Part shown: positions 20,488 to 30,356 of the stretch, one piece after another | How the letters are laid out: each line of letters starts with the position of its first letter | Numbering within the stretch: position 1 is the stretch's first letter | Origin: Leptospiraceae bacterium | Lineage (GTDB): Bacteria; Spirochaetota; Leptospiria; Leptospirales; Leptonemataceae | Reading direction: 5' to 3' | Assembly: GCA_040217195.1 (NCBI GenBank) | Contig: JAVJNR010000005.1 | Location: 352,001-416,000 of the forward strand | Length of the DNA: 64,000 nucleotides | Notes under the pieces: generated by a model | Database searches by the model: none | Seen by the model: the letters and a program-made list of their open reading frames with translations, nothing else | Told to the model about the DNA's origin: nothing | Made by a program: the position numbers and the translations under genes

Positions 20488-21224
20488 TTTCCGGGTAGTA
20501 CCAGAGCGTCGGAACCGCGTAAATCCACAAGTCCTCGACGAATATTTTGATCCTCAAGAAAGGCCACAGTAGCATAAAGCCTGGTAGCCCCGGCAGGACC
20601 GGGAGATTCGGGCAATTCTATGCGAATCCCTGGTTTCCGTGAGTATAGTGTCAATCCACCGGAACGGGTCACTCGCACTTCTGAAATGCGGCCCACCAAT
20701 TCCGGATACTGATTATACACGAATGACCAGAACTGAAAGAAGCCTCGCAGGCGCGGTTGACTGAGACTTAAATCAGTGGGTACATCCGTGCGAAGCAGCG
20801 GAACTCCTCTACATCGCGGAAATTCCCGGGACAGGATTACTGGCCCGGAACCTATGTCAAATACGCCTCCAGATGTTTCCAGAATTGCCAGACATTGCGC
20901 TTCGTTCAATGTCAGAGACAATTCCTGGCCGTCAAAGTCTACATCCACATCCATGATGTACGGATGAGCCTTCAAACGAGCCCGGGCATCATCTAGAAGA
21001 TCTTCATTTAGCTGTTGTCCCAGGCGAAGACCAGAGAGCTCCAGCAACTCTTCCTGCGAAAACAGACGATTGCCTTGAAGATTCAGGCTTTCAATCTTGC
21101 CATCCGGCACCGGAGGAAATAATAATAGCAGAATTCCGGCTATCAAGAATGCAGCCGAGGACAGGGAGAGAAACAGATACAGGTCTCTTTCCCTCCTTTC
21201 CATATGTTCAGGAAAGATTTTCAC
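20484..21224 (-). CDS. ftsQ: Cell division protein FtsQ/DivIB
   Basis: Single TM, POTRA-like (LQGNRLFSQEELL...HPYI), C-terminal VDLR; overlaps the ftsA start. Confidence 0.8.
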   Translation of the reverse strand: MKIFPEHMERRERDLYLFLSLSSAAFLIAGILLLLFPPVPDGKIESLNLQGNRLFSQEELLELSGLRLGQQLNEDLLDDARARLKAHPYIMDVDVDFDGQELSLTLNEAQCLAILETSGGVFDIGSGPVILSREFPRCRGVPLLRTDVPTDLSLSQPRLRGFFQFWSFVYNQYPELVGRISEVRVTRSGGLTLYSRKPGIRIELPESPGPAGATRLYATVAFLEDQNIRRGLVDLRGSDALVLPGK

Positions 21225-21272
21225 AGCGCGCCTGTGTGCCTTCTTTATTATGTCGCATTAAAAAGAGCAATC

Positions 21273-21299
21273 AAAAAAAGACCGAAGGCATTTCGGGTC
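21273..21299 (-). terminator. Terminator-like hairpin plus T7 upstream of ftsQ
   Basis: Minus strand reads gacccgaaatgccttcggtc followed by ttttttt. Confidence 0.45.
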
Positions 21300-21354
21300 A
21301 GGCCTAAAAAGACTACCGTCGCATGTATAGCATATCATTAGTAATTCGAGGGTT

Positions 21355-21391
21355 AAAAAAGAGAGATTCGCTTAACATACAATAAGCGAAT
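21355..21391 (-). terminator. Hairpin or terminator at the end of murC
   Basis: Perfect 9-bp inverted repeat attcgctta/taagcgaat, then ctctctttttt on the minus strand. Confidence 0.5.
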
Positions 21392-22782
21392 TATGAAAAA
21401 AGGGCACGGGCCTTCTGCGATACATCCCCGGCGCCTAGAAAAAGTACGATGGACGGTCCATCTATTTCGGTTTCGAATACCTGCCCCGGGTCGTCCAGCA
21501 ACGTTGCGGTGCAGTTCTCGGGCATTTGATTTGCTATCAAAGAAGAGTCCACTCCGTCCAGGGGCTCTTCGCCAGCGCTATAAAGAGGCAGTAAATACAC
21601 TCGATCCGCATGGGCCAGGCTGGAAGCAAATTCAGTGGCAAGCTCTCTGGTTCTAGTGTAGCGATGAGGTTGAAAGATTACCCGAATTTCATGACCGGGA
21701 AATCTCTGTGCCAGGGCATCCAGTACGGCAACGATTTCGGACGGATGATGACCGTAATCATCATACACCGGAATCCCTTTATATTCTCCCAGACATTCCA
21801 GTCTTCGCTCGGTTCCAGGAAAACTGCCCATGGCCTCAATACAATCATCTATATCTAGATCAGGAAATGCCAGGAGCAATAGTCCCAGAACGCCCAGGGC
21901 ATTGGATGCAAAATGTCGTCCAGGAACACTCAGGCGAAAGCGATAGAAATCCATCTCTTGCATCCGGGATTCTGGCCAGCGAATTCTAAATTCAAGGGTA
22001 TCATCGGAGTCGGGAAAATAGCCCGCCAGAAACACCTGGCTTTGCAGGCACTGTTCTTTATTTTCGTAGATTCTATATCCGGCAAGCCCCGTAGAATTTC
22101 TCAATGGAACTAAACCGGAATCGCCGGCATTGAAGATTACGCCAGTGCCCGATCCTTTGACTGCGAATTCCAGAAATGCATTTTGTAGGTTTTCGAAATT
22201 TCCATAGAAATTCAGATGGTCCTGGTCAGCATTCAGAATCAGCCGATGAGTTGCATTGGACTTTAAAAAAGATCCATCCGATTCATCGGTTTCAAAAACA
22301 GCCACAGTCTGGCCGTTTCGAATGGCCCGATCCAGATAGAGTGGACGCCCGCCAGCTATGATGAGTGGCTCCTTTTGCAACTGAATTAGCATCCAGCCTG
22401 CCAGGGCTGTACTGGAAGTCTTTCCATGGGTACCGGCCATGCCCAGCCTCATCGAACAGTGACTCACAAGTTTGTTTAGAAAATCCATTCGGTGCAGAAG
22501 TTCCACTCTGCCCTGCTTTTCCAGTTCCACGGCACGCTGCCTCTCCGGATGAGTCTCGGAGATCGCAGTACTGTATACCACAAGGCCATCTTCAATCCGT
22601 GTCGAATCCGGAGGACCGAATGCCTGAATTCCCTGGCCACGTAATTCTTCCAGGGCAGCACTGCTCAGCTTAGCATCGGAACCAGAGACTAGATACCCGC
22701 GAGTCAATGCCAGACGCGCCAGGGGCAGCATTCCTGATCCGCCAATTCCAACGAAATACACCTTTTTCATTTCGGATTCCAT
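21391..22782 (-). CDS. murC: UDP-N-acetylmuramate--L-alanine ligase
   Basis: FVGIGGSGM, GTHGKTSS, ETDESDGSFL, DDYGHHPSEI, FQPHRYTRT, LGAGDV. Start at 22782 or 22770. Confidence 0.96.
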   Translation of the reverse strand: MESEMKKVYFVGIGGSGMLPLARLALTRGYLVSGSDAKLSSAALEELRGQGIQAFGPPDSTRIEDGLVVYSTAISETHPERQRAVELEKQGRVELLHRMDFLNKLVSHCSMRLGMAGTHGKTSSTALAGWMLIQLQKEPLIIAGGRPLYLDRAIRNGQTVAVFETDESDGSFLKSNATHRLILNADQDHLNFYGNFENLQNAFLEFAVKGSGTGVIFNAGDSGLVPLRNSTGLAGYRIYENKEQCLQSQVFLAGYFPDSDDTLEFRIRWPESRMQEMDFYRFRLSVPGRHFASNALGVLGLLLLAFPDLDIDDCIEAMGSFPGTERRLECLGEYKGIPVYDDYGHHPSEIVAVLDALAQRFPGHEIRVIFQPHRYTRTRELATEFASSLAHADRVYLLPLYSAGEEPLDGVDSSLIANQMPENCTATLLDDPGQVFETEIDGPSIVLFLGAGDVSQKARALFS

Positions 22783-22879
22783 GGTCCCCGGATAGGTCCG
22801 CAGGCCAGCTTCACAACACCACTCTTTTTCCTGGGAATTGCTTGATCCTGAAAGGGGAACGTACAGAATCCAACGCAAT

Positions 22880-23584
22880 ATGAGAAATTGGAAACTTACT
22901 GCGGCGATATTTATGCTGCTTAGCGCCACACCAGCCATGGCCATTGGCACCTATGCTGAAGGATGGATGGTTGTGAAAAAACTAACCAAGCTGGAAAGCC
23001 AGGGCATTATGTTCGACTCATTCGAAGGGGAACTGATAGCCACCAGTTACAATGACGATGAGCAATGCTCACGCGAAGACTATGAGTGCTATACGCCCAT
23101 TGATCGCACTATCCACTTCAGTGTCCGTCCAGAAAACACAGAAGTAGTCAATTTTTTGCAGCAGAATAAAGATGGAAGTTTTCTGATTCAATATCGCATT
23201 CATAGAATCGAAAACCTGGGTTTGAATACTGACTTCGAAATCGTAAAGGCTATGAAACCAGGAACTTCTGAAACGAAACCTGCTGAAAAGATGATGGTGG
23301 ATAAAACCGGCTCCAGACAATTTTCATTCAAAGGTCGCTTTCTTCAGCTGGATGAGCAGGGAACCTTTATAGGCACCCATGAAGGGCTTTATCTGGATGA
23401 AAAAACCGGCAAAGTGCATCCCTTCTCTGTAACCAACGAAGGCATGGCCAAGCATATTTATGATGTAATGAAATCCGGAAAATCTGTATACATTGGCATT
23501 TCAGATGCAATTGTTACCGGCTTTCGCAAATCGGATTACGACGTTTATGAAGTAAACGAACAGGAACCTGCAGGAATGCAGTAA
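22880..23584 (+). CDS. lsa26: Secreted protein resembling the Leptospira surface adhesin Lsa26 family
   Basis: Signal peptide MRNWKLTAAIFMLLSATPAMA; GTYAEGW, FSVRPEN, EGLYLDE..GKVHPFS and a terminal EPAG recall the Lsa26 family (from memory, not searched). Confidence 0.55.
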   Translation: MRNWKLTAAIFMLLSATPAMAIGTYAEGWMVVKKLTKLESQGIMFDSFEGELIATSYNDDEQCSREDYECYTPIDRTIHFSVRPENTEVVNFLQQNKDGSFLIQYRIHRIENLGLNTDFEIVKAMKPGTSETKPAEKMMVDKTGSRQFSFKGRFLQLDEQGTFIGTHEGLYLDEKTGKVHPFSVTNEGMAKHIYDVMKSGKSVYIGISDAIVTGFRKSDYDVYEVNEQEPAGMQ

Positions 23585-23598
23585 ATTCTTTTGACCCC

Positions 23599-23623
23599 GG
23601 GCAGTTCGCGATCGCGGCTGCCC
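23599..23623. terminator. GC-rich hairpin between the convergent lsa26-like gene and murG
   Basis: gggcag-ttcgcgatcgcgg-ctgccc inverted repeat. Confidence 0.45.
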
Positions 23624-23817
23624 TACCTCTATCAATCTATAGAATTTAAAGGCCATTTAGTAGTACACTGTAAGCAGGTATCATGCCAGTGAACTTTAAT
23701 GCCTTTCCTTTCACCGACCGGACCTGGATCAGGAATTTCCTGACCTTTATGCGCTTTCATCAGTACAGAAGCACTCTGAGCTTTAATAGAATCGAGATCA
23801 GGTTTAATGACGCTTTA

Positions 23818-24972
23818 TTATTCCGACTGAAAATCCGCCAGAATTCTATCTAGAATCTTCTGCGAAGCATCCGGTCGGGCCAGTGATTTGCTAATGCCGG
23901 CCATTTCTTTGAGCTTCTTACCTTCCAGTGAAGCCAGGCTTTCATACAGGAGGTCTCCTGCGCTGCCGGTTGTGTCGATCATTAAAGCCGCACCGGCCAG
24001 TTGAACATAACTTGCATTTTCCTTTTGATGCGAATCTGTAGCAAAAGGGTAAGGTATAAGAACCATGGGCAATCCAAACAAGAAGGCTTCTGTAAGCACT
24101 CCGGCGCCTGCTCTACAGACGATTAGATCTGCTTCGCGATAAAATCGATGTATATCCGGATCAAATCCGATTACTTGAATATTTCTCTTACCAGAGAATG
24201 ATTCTTTCATGGACTGTTCATTCCTTAGTCCTGCCTGCAATACCCAGCGATACCTGTTAAAAAAGGCGGATTCTCGCTGACAGAGATCCAGAATCATCTC
24301 ATTGATTTGCGTGGCGCCCTGACTTCCGCCGGCAACTAGAATTCGCAATCCCTTGCCGGAAGGAAAACTTGCAGATCGGTTGCCGGAGCTGGTATCCTTT
24401 CCAGTCTCTTTGCCGGATACTGAGGATTTGGATCTTTCTGAACCTTTCTTTTTCCCGGACAAAGAAGAGTGACTGATTTTGCCCAGAAAGGACTGGCGTA
24501 GCGGATTGCCCACCACCGGCCAACCCGGACTATGACTTCTCCCGGACAATGGAATATTCAGAAATACGGTTCTGGCGAATCGAGCAAATAGCCTGTTGGC
24601 GCGACCCAGGACGGCATTTTGCTCACAGAGATATATGGGTATGCGAAACAATACAGCAGCCAGTCCGGCAGGCAGGCAGGGAAACCCGCCCATTAGAATG
24701 ATAACATCTTTCTTTCGCACCAGGGGAATTGCGCGAAACATTGCAGTTAGCAGTCTGATAGGGAAAATCAAAATCTTGCGAAGGTTTAAAGTGGGTGCAT
24801 TGTAGAAATGCACCGGATAAGACGCAGAAAGCAAGTCCGGGTAATTGGAGTTTTTATTCAGACTTAGAAAATCGACAGCCAGGCCGGCATTCTGTAAATG
24901 GGCCGCTAGAGCAGTTCCAGGGGAAAGATGACCACCGGTTCCTCCGGCTACTACCAGTATTCCAGGTTTCAT
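23818..24972 (-). CDS. murG: Undecaprenyl-PP-MurNAc-pentapeptide GlcNAc transferase MurG
   Basis: AGGTGGH, EQNAVLGRANR, GNPLR, GGSQGA, CRAGA, PYPFATDSHQKENA. Confidence 0.97.
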   Translation of the reverse strand: MKPGILVVAGGTGGHLSPGTALAAHLQNAGLAVDFLSLNKNSNYPDLLSASYPVHFYNAPTLNLRKILIFPIRLLTAMFRAIPLVRKKDVIILMGGFPCLPAGLAAVLFRIPIYLCEQNAVLGRANRLFARFARTVFLNIPLSGRSHSPGWPVVGNPLRQSFLGKISHSSLSGKKKGSERSKSSVSGKETGKDTSSGNRSASFPSGKGLRILVAGGSQGATQINEMILDLCQRESAFFNRYRWVLQAGLRNEQSMKESFSGKRNIQVIGFDPDIHRFYREADLIVCRAGAGVLTEAFLFGLPMVLIPYPFATDSHQKENASYVQLAGAALMIDTTGSAGDLLYESLASLEGKKLKEMAGISKSLARPDASQKILDRILADFQSE

Positions 24973-24978
24973 GCCAGT

Positions 24979-26355
24979 TCAAAGTCTCCTGGCGCGGCCC
25001 AGAGGCAAGGTCTTCTCCTGGCCGGACAGTCTTGACTTTGCGGCTGAATAGGATCCCTCCGGAGGAGGACCGCCTGGAACATTCATTTCAAAGGATACCG
25101 AATTCTTTGAGGCCGGCTCCGATGCAGGCGCAGAAATAGCTGGCTCAGCCATACCCTCCATGTGCTGAGCCTCGGTTCGGTTCTTTTCAGGTTTTATTCT
25201 GGAAGGAACTGTAACTGGCCTGGCATCGTCCGGAAGCGCGGTGGCCTGCCAGAGCAATCCGCAAAGTGCATAAGATACAATTAATGAAGATCCTCCGTAA
25301 CTTACAAAAGGTAAACTAATACCGGTGGTGGGAATCAGCCCGGTAACGACGGATAGATTGACTACCACCTGCAAAAACAGGATGGTTACCGCAGAACAAC
25401 CCAGCAAGAACAGATACTCATCTTTCTGCCTGCGAAGAAGAATAATGGAGCGCCAGAGCAAACAAAAATAGAGTCCCAGAAGAACGAAGACTCCTGCAAA
25501 GCCAAAATCCTCAGAGAAAAGTGCCAGTACAAAGTCCGTATGGCCAAAAGTGAGATACCTGTGACCAAAGCCCGATGCCAGTTCCTGACCGAACCAGCCA
25601 CCTTCGCCAAAAGCACGAAATGCTGTAACCAGCTGATACCCTCCTGAGTATCGATATTCATAGGGATTTAGCCAGACCTGAAATCGTTCAAACCGATACT
25701 CCCAGAGTACAAGTAGCATGGCAAGGAGAGGCAATAGAGATAGTCCCAGAAGGACCAGGCGCAGTACAGGAAAGCCGGCCACAAATATGAGAACCGAAAT
25801 TACGGAAATCAGAGTTAACGTAGTACCATACTGAGGTTCCAGAAGAATGGCAGCCAGTACAGAACCCACCAGAACAAGGGAGCGAAGCAACTCCTTCAAC
25901 GAGAATTGCTCGAATTGACCTTTGCGATCCAGAAGAATAACTGAAACGTAGAGCACCAGTGCAACCTTGGCAAATTCCGAGGGCTGAAAGGAAAAGAATC
26001 CCAGGTCAATCCATCGATGAAAACTGTCCCGGGAGGATGCTACAGACCGACCAACGCCAGGAACAAATACCAGAAGCAAAAGTGCAAGTGCTACTAGCAT
26101 GGAAGGCAGAGCCAGCTTGCGCAGCATCCCGGGAGAAAAAGATGCTATGATAAAAAATCCAACAATCCCGGCAACGGAGAAGACTGCCTGACGTTTCGCA
26201 TAGAAGTACGGATCATCAAGATCCAGGTTGGCCTGCAGCGCAGAGGCAGAGAGCAAAATCATCAGACCCACGCCGCCCAGTACAAGTGTATTCAGGAAAA
26301 TCCAGAAATCTGGCTTTCTTACCTGACTACTGTCTGCTGCAGCCGGGCCAATCAT
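24979..26355 (-). CDS. ftsW: SEDS peptidoglycan polymerase FtsW
   Basis: RWIDLGFFSFQPSEFAK, GYQL, HTDFV, PTTGISLPFVSYGGSS; lies between murD and murG. Confidence 0.93.
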   Translation of the reverse strand: MIGPAAADSSQVRKPDFWIFLNTLVLGGVGLMILLSASALQANLDLDDPYFYAKRQAVFSVAGIVGFFIIASFSPGMLRKLALPSMLVALALLLLVFVPGVGRSVASSRDSFHRWIDLGFFSFQPSEFAKVALVLYVSVILLDRKGQFEQFSLKELLRSLVLVGSVLAAILLEPQYGTTLTLISVISVLIFVAGFPVLRLVLLGLSLLPLLAMLLVLWEYRFERFQVWLNPYEYRYSGGYQLVTAFRAFGEGGWFGQELASGFGHRYLTFGHTDFVLALFSEDFGFAGVFVLLGLYFCLLWRSIILLRRQKDEYLFLLGCSAVTILFLQVVVNLSVVTGLIPTTGISLPFVSYGGSSLIVSYALCGLLWQATALPDDARPVTVPSRIKPEKNRTEAQHMEGMAEPAISAPASEPASKNSVSFEMNVPGGPPPEGSYSAAKSRLSGQEKTLPLGRARRL

Positions 26356-27701
26356 GACTTGTACTCCTCTACAAGTTTACGAAAATGATCACCTCTCTGC
26401 TCGTAGTTTCTGTATTGGTCCTGGGAGGGGCATCCAGGACTTAGAAGTACTACAGGAAGTTCATCTGGCACAGCTGCCAGCGAAGGAGTTTGCCTGGAAG
26501 CTGCAGCGCAAGCCGCCGAAAAAGCAGAGGGAAGATCTGCGAAGCAGTCGCTGGTTCCAACCTGGCGCTGGATTGCCGGTCCTGCCTGGCCAAAAGGGTA
26601 TATGGAATGCCCCGCATCCGGCTGAAACGATGCAAAGTCCGCCTTCTTATCCAGCCCTCCCATTAGTATATGCAATGGTCGGCCGGAAAAGGAGTCCAGG
26701 GCCATACGAGCAGATTGAGCAGTCGTAGCTTTGCTATCGTTTATAAAAAGAATGCCCGCTTTTTGAGCCACAACTTCCATTCTATGCGGTAAGCCCCGAA
26801 ATGTTGAAATGGCGGTTTTAATGGATTCCAGCTGTTCATCCCAGGAAATTCTATTTCGTATAAAATAATCCTGGATCATGCGAAGCGAAAATAGGAGGTT
26901 CCACTGGTTATGTTTTCCGGGTATGGTCAATGAATCCAGACAGTCTTCGTAACCCTGAGCGAAACTGCTCACATCCAGCCTTTCCAGTCTGCCATGAAGC
27001 TGATCAAATTCAGCAAGGAAGGGAAATTCATCTGCGATAATCAGTAAATCCTCTGTTCCCTGCATTTTTCCTATGTTAGATTTTGCAATTGCATAATCAT
27101 CGATGGATTCATACCGATCCAGGTGAGCAGAAGCCAGGTTCAGAATGCAGGCAGTATTCGGATGAAAATAATGGATGGATTCCAGTTGAAAGCTGGAGCA
27201 TTCCACAACCAGGATGTCAGGAACTCCGTCCAGAACCACCTGCGAAAGTGGAAGACCAATGTTTCCGCAGGCCACTACCGACGGAGCGAAGGGAAGGCCC
27301 CTTAATATGTGCTCGGTCAAACTTACGGTGGTGGATTTTCCGTCGGTACCGGTCACCGCGAATACGTAAGGTTTTTTTCCCTGCTCTTCCATAATATGAA
27401 AAGCCAGGTCCAGCTCACCAAATACAGGTATACCCCGGCTGCTTGCCGCTTCAAAAATGGGCAGCGAAAGTGGAACCCCGGGAGCAGTAATCAAATACTC
27501 GGCTTCGAACTGATCCAGAATCGAAGAACCTTGCTCGGGACGAAAATCAGCATCCACCGGTACCGATGGTTTTCCTTCCTGACTTTGATCGGTTATGGCA
27601 ATAGAAGCGCCCAGCTCATGAAGCAATTCCTGAAGGCTTCTGCCGGATTTGCCCATGGCACCCATAATGAGTACCCTTTTTCTTTCCAGAAAAGAGGCCA
27701 T
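26352..27701 (-). CDS. murD: UDP-N-acetylmuramoyl-L-alanine--D-glutamate ligase
   Basis: VTGTDGKSTT, GNIGLP, VECSSFQLE, HLDRY, NDSKAT, LLSPGCPSQDQYRNYEQRG. Confidence 0.95.
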   Translation of the reverse strand: MASFLERKRVLIMGAMGKSGRSLQELLHELGASIAITDQSQEGKPSVPVDADFRPEQGSSILDQFEAEYLITAPGVPLSLPIFEAASSRGIPVFGELDLAFHIMEEQGKKPYVFAVTGTDGKSTTVSLTEHILRGLPFAPSVVACGNIGLPLSQVVLDGVPDILVVECSSFQLESIHYFHPNTACILNLASAHLDRYESIDDYAIAKSNIGKMQGTEDLLIIADEFPFLAEFDQLHGRLERLDVSSFAQGYEDCLDSLTIPGKHNQWNLLFSLRMIQDYFIRNRISWDEQLESIKTAISTFRGLPHRMEVVAQKAGILFINDSKATTAQSARMALDSFSGRPLHILMGGLDKKADFASFQPDAGHSIYPFGQAGPAIQRQVGTSDCFADLPSAFSAACAAASRQTPSLAAVPDELPVVLLSPGCPSQDQYRNYEQRGDHFRKLVEEYKS

Positions 27702-27703
27702 AC

Positions 27704-28813
27704 TTATTGGATGCGAAGAGTGGAAAGAGACACAAGACTCAGAATCAGTCCTATGAGCCAGAATCGTACCACGATGCGTGTCTCGGGCCAGCCCAGTTCC
27801 TCAAAATGATGATGTAAAGGGGCCATCTTAAAGATTCGTTTCTTGCGCAGTTTGTAGCTAGCTACCTGAAGAATTACGGAAAGAGCTTCCATTACAAAAA
27901 CCCCTCCAGCAACAAGAAGCAAGATCTCTTTCTTTAAAACAATGGCTGTCATCCCAAGAGCTCCACCCAGTGAGAGGGAACCGGTGTCTCCCATGAACAC
28001 TCGGGCAGGCGCCGCATTGAACCATAGAAAACCAATACCTGCACCGGCCAGAGCGGCCAGAAATACACTAATTTCTACAGCTCCGGTTACTGTGGGGATG
28101 TTCAGATAATCTGCCAGCCGGGGGGAACCGGTTAGATAGGCCAGGACTCCAAAGGTTACAGTCACAATGGAAACGTTTCCAATGGCAAGTCCATCCAGCC
28201 CATCCGTGAGATTCACTCCATGAACGGTACCCAGAATTACGCAGAGCCAGAAAGCAACGCCCAGAAGCAAAGGCATGGTCCAGGCAGGTCCCTTAATAAA
28301 TGGAATGAACAGGTCAGTGGTTTCGTAGTTGATTCCTTCAACCCTGGCCACTTCTGCAGGAGTGAAACGAATGTACATGAACAGGAAGAATGCCGCTACA
28401 AGAATGGACAATATCATCTTGGTTCTGGCGCTCATCCCTCCTTTCTTTTTCAGTACGACTTTGGAGTAGTCATCCCAGAAACCAATGGCGCCAAGCAAAA
28501 GAGTGCAGTAAAGAATCAGGTTAAAGTGGAGGTTAGAAAAGTTACCGAACAGTACGCAGGAAACGGTCAGACTGAGAAGTATTAGAATTCCGCCCATGGT
28601 AGGAGTCCCTGCTTTGGAAGCATGGGAGGATGGGCCATCGTCTCGGATCGTTTCTCTAAACTTCAGGCCGGTAAGCCATCGGATGATTCCGTCGCCTACC
28701 ACAAAGGAAAGGGTCATGGAAAACAACCCTGCAAGCAGAGCTCGAAAGCTTACAAAGCCAAAGAGACGGAAAAAACCCGGCATATCGTAATTGGTGTACA
28801 GATATTCAAACAT
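27704..28813 (-). CDS. mraY: Phospho-N-acetylmuramoyl-pentapeptide transferase
   Basis: KAGTPTMGG, DDYSK, NLTDGLDGLA, FMGDTGS, MAPLHHHFE. Confidence 0.98.
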   Translation of the reverse strand: MFEYLYTNYDMPGFFRLFGFVSFRALLAGLFSMTLSFVVGDGIIRWLTGLKFRETIRDDGPSSHASKAGTPTMGGILILLSLTVSCVLFGNFSNLHFNLILYCTLLLGAIGFWDDYSKVVLKKKGGMSARTKMILSILVAAFFLFMYIRFTPAEVARVEGINYETTDLFIPFIKGPAWTMPLLLGVAFWLCVILGTVHGVNLTDGLDGLAIGNVSIVTVTFGVLAYLTGSPRLADYLNIPTVTGAVEISVFLAALAGAGIGFLWFNAAPARVFMGDTGSLSLGGALGMTAIVLKKEILLLVAGGVFVMEALSVILQVASYKLRKKRIFKMAPLHHHFEELGWPETRIVVRFWLIGLILSLVSLSTLRIQ

Positions 28814-30356
28814 AACCGATTCGCTTCAGTGCATCGCAGGCTTTCTCCATACGAGCGCTTCTAGATCCCTTTGCCAGGATACCATCATACGATAGATAGA
28901 GTTGCGGATGCCTTTCTATATGATCGGCAAGCTCGCTACTGTTCGAAAAGAAAAACCCGACCTCAGGCTCCACTCCAGAGCCCCGAAGGTATTCCATGGC
29001 TCCCTGATTTCCGATGGCCTGTATTTGATATCCATTTCGGTTCAAGTCAGCCCCCACCTCTCTGTGTCCGGAGGCAGATGACTGGCCCAGTTCTGCCATT
29101 TCACCGGCCAGACAGAGCAATTTTCCTTCGGGGAGCATTTTTCGCAAAGAAGCAATGGCCGCCAGAAATGAATCTGGATTGGCATTGTAGGTATCATCCA
29201 CAAGAATTCGATCATCCTTTCGAAGAACATGGAAACGACCTCCGGACACGGGCGCCGCATGAGCCGCCGAATCGACTATCTGCTGCGCCAAAAAACCGGC
29301 CATCCATAAAGTAGTAACACAGCCCAGGAGGTTTTCTGCCTGAACCCGGGAGAAATAATGAGAATTCTCAATCCTGCAGGAGCTTCCCTCAAGATTCAAA
29401 TCGAAGGAATTTCCTTTCGGTCCAAATTCAACACCGTGGGCCCTGATCATTTTCCATTCCGGGTTTTGCCTGGCCGCAGCCGGCACCGAGTTCCAGCCTG
29501 AATCGCCATCGAAGCCAAACAATGCAATGGCCGGCTTGAGCTCCTGGCCGGTCCTATTGCCTTTCAAACGAGTCTTTCTTCTATATAACCGGCCCTTGCC
29601 GATGGCGGAGGCAGGATAGGTCAGACTCTGATTGCAATGATCTGCCAGTTCCTGTTTGGCTCGAACAATCCCTCTTCTACTATAGAAGAATTCAATATGT
29701 GCCCTTCCAACCGAGGTGATTAATCCATGATCGGGCTGCGCAATGGAAGACAGTAGATCGATCTCCCCGGCATGATTCATCCCGAGTTCCAGGATGGCAT
29801 GACTAATACCTGGTTTGAAATTCAGGATCGTAAGCGGCAATCCGATGTGATTGTTCAGATTACCTGTGGTGGCATCCACTGAATCTGCTCCCAGAATATG
29901 CGAAAGCATACCAAGAAGCATTTCCTTGGCCGAGGTCTTTCCGTTAGATCCGGTTATTGCAAAAACACAGTAACCCTCTCTTCTGCGATGAAGCCGGGCC
30001 AGGTTTTGCATGGCTTCCAGGGGCTCATCGCATTCGAAAATTGGCTGAGATTTATCTGAAGGTTTGCTCTTTTCCAGCAATTCCAGAACTGCTGGTCGCT
30101 TTCTTTTCTGAATAACCACAGCTGCCGCACCCTTTTGCAGAGCTACGTCTACAAAGTTATGTGCATCAAAGTTTGGTCCCTGAAGGCAGAAAAAAATCTG
30201 ACCTGGATGGATCTTTCGCGTATCTGTACTGGCTCCCGTGAATTCTTTCGGTAAATTCGAAAGTTGATCGGGCAGCTCTAGCCCCGGTTGGCCGGAGTTT
30301 TCTTTATGAGAAAGCGCAACAATACCTGATTGAAGAAAGTCTTCTACGGATATCAA
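28806..30356 (-). CDS. murF: UDP-MurNAc-tripeptide--D-Ala-D-Ala ligase
   Basis: ITGSNGKTS, GNLNNHIGLPLT, ELGMNHAGEI, DDTYNANPDS, GEMAELG, KGSRS. Confidence 0.96.
   Translation of the reverse strand: MISVEDFLQSGIVALSHKENSGQPGLELPDQLSNLPKEFTGASTDTRKIHPGQIFFCLQGPNFDAHNFVDVALQKGAAAVVIQKRKRPAVLELLEKSKPSDKSQPIFECDEPLEAMQNLARLHRRREGYCVFAITGSNGKTSAKEMLLGMLSHILGADSVDATTGNLNNHIGLPLTILNFKPGISHAILELGMNHAGEIDLLSSIAQPDHGLITSVGRAHIEFFYSRRGIVRAKQELADHCNQSLTYPASAIGKGRLYRRKTRLKGNRTGQELKPAIALFGFDGDSGWNSVPAAARQNPEWKMIRAHGVEFGPKGNSFDLNLEGSSCRIENSHYFSRVQAENLLGCVTTLWMAGFLAQQIVDSAAHAAPVSGGRFHVLRKDDRILVDDTYNANPDSFLAAIASLRKMLPEGKLLCLAGEMAELGQSSASGHREVGADLNRNGYQIQAIGNQGAMEYLRGSGVEPEVGFFFSNSSELADHIERHPQLYLSYDGILAKGSRSARMEKACDALKRIGYV

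Noticed and set aside
22783..22950. N-terminal extension of murC overlapping the lsa26-like gene
   Set aside because: MurC homology begins at MKKVYFVGIGG; the extension is antisense to a signal peptide.
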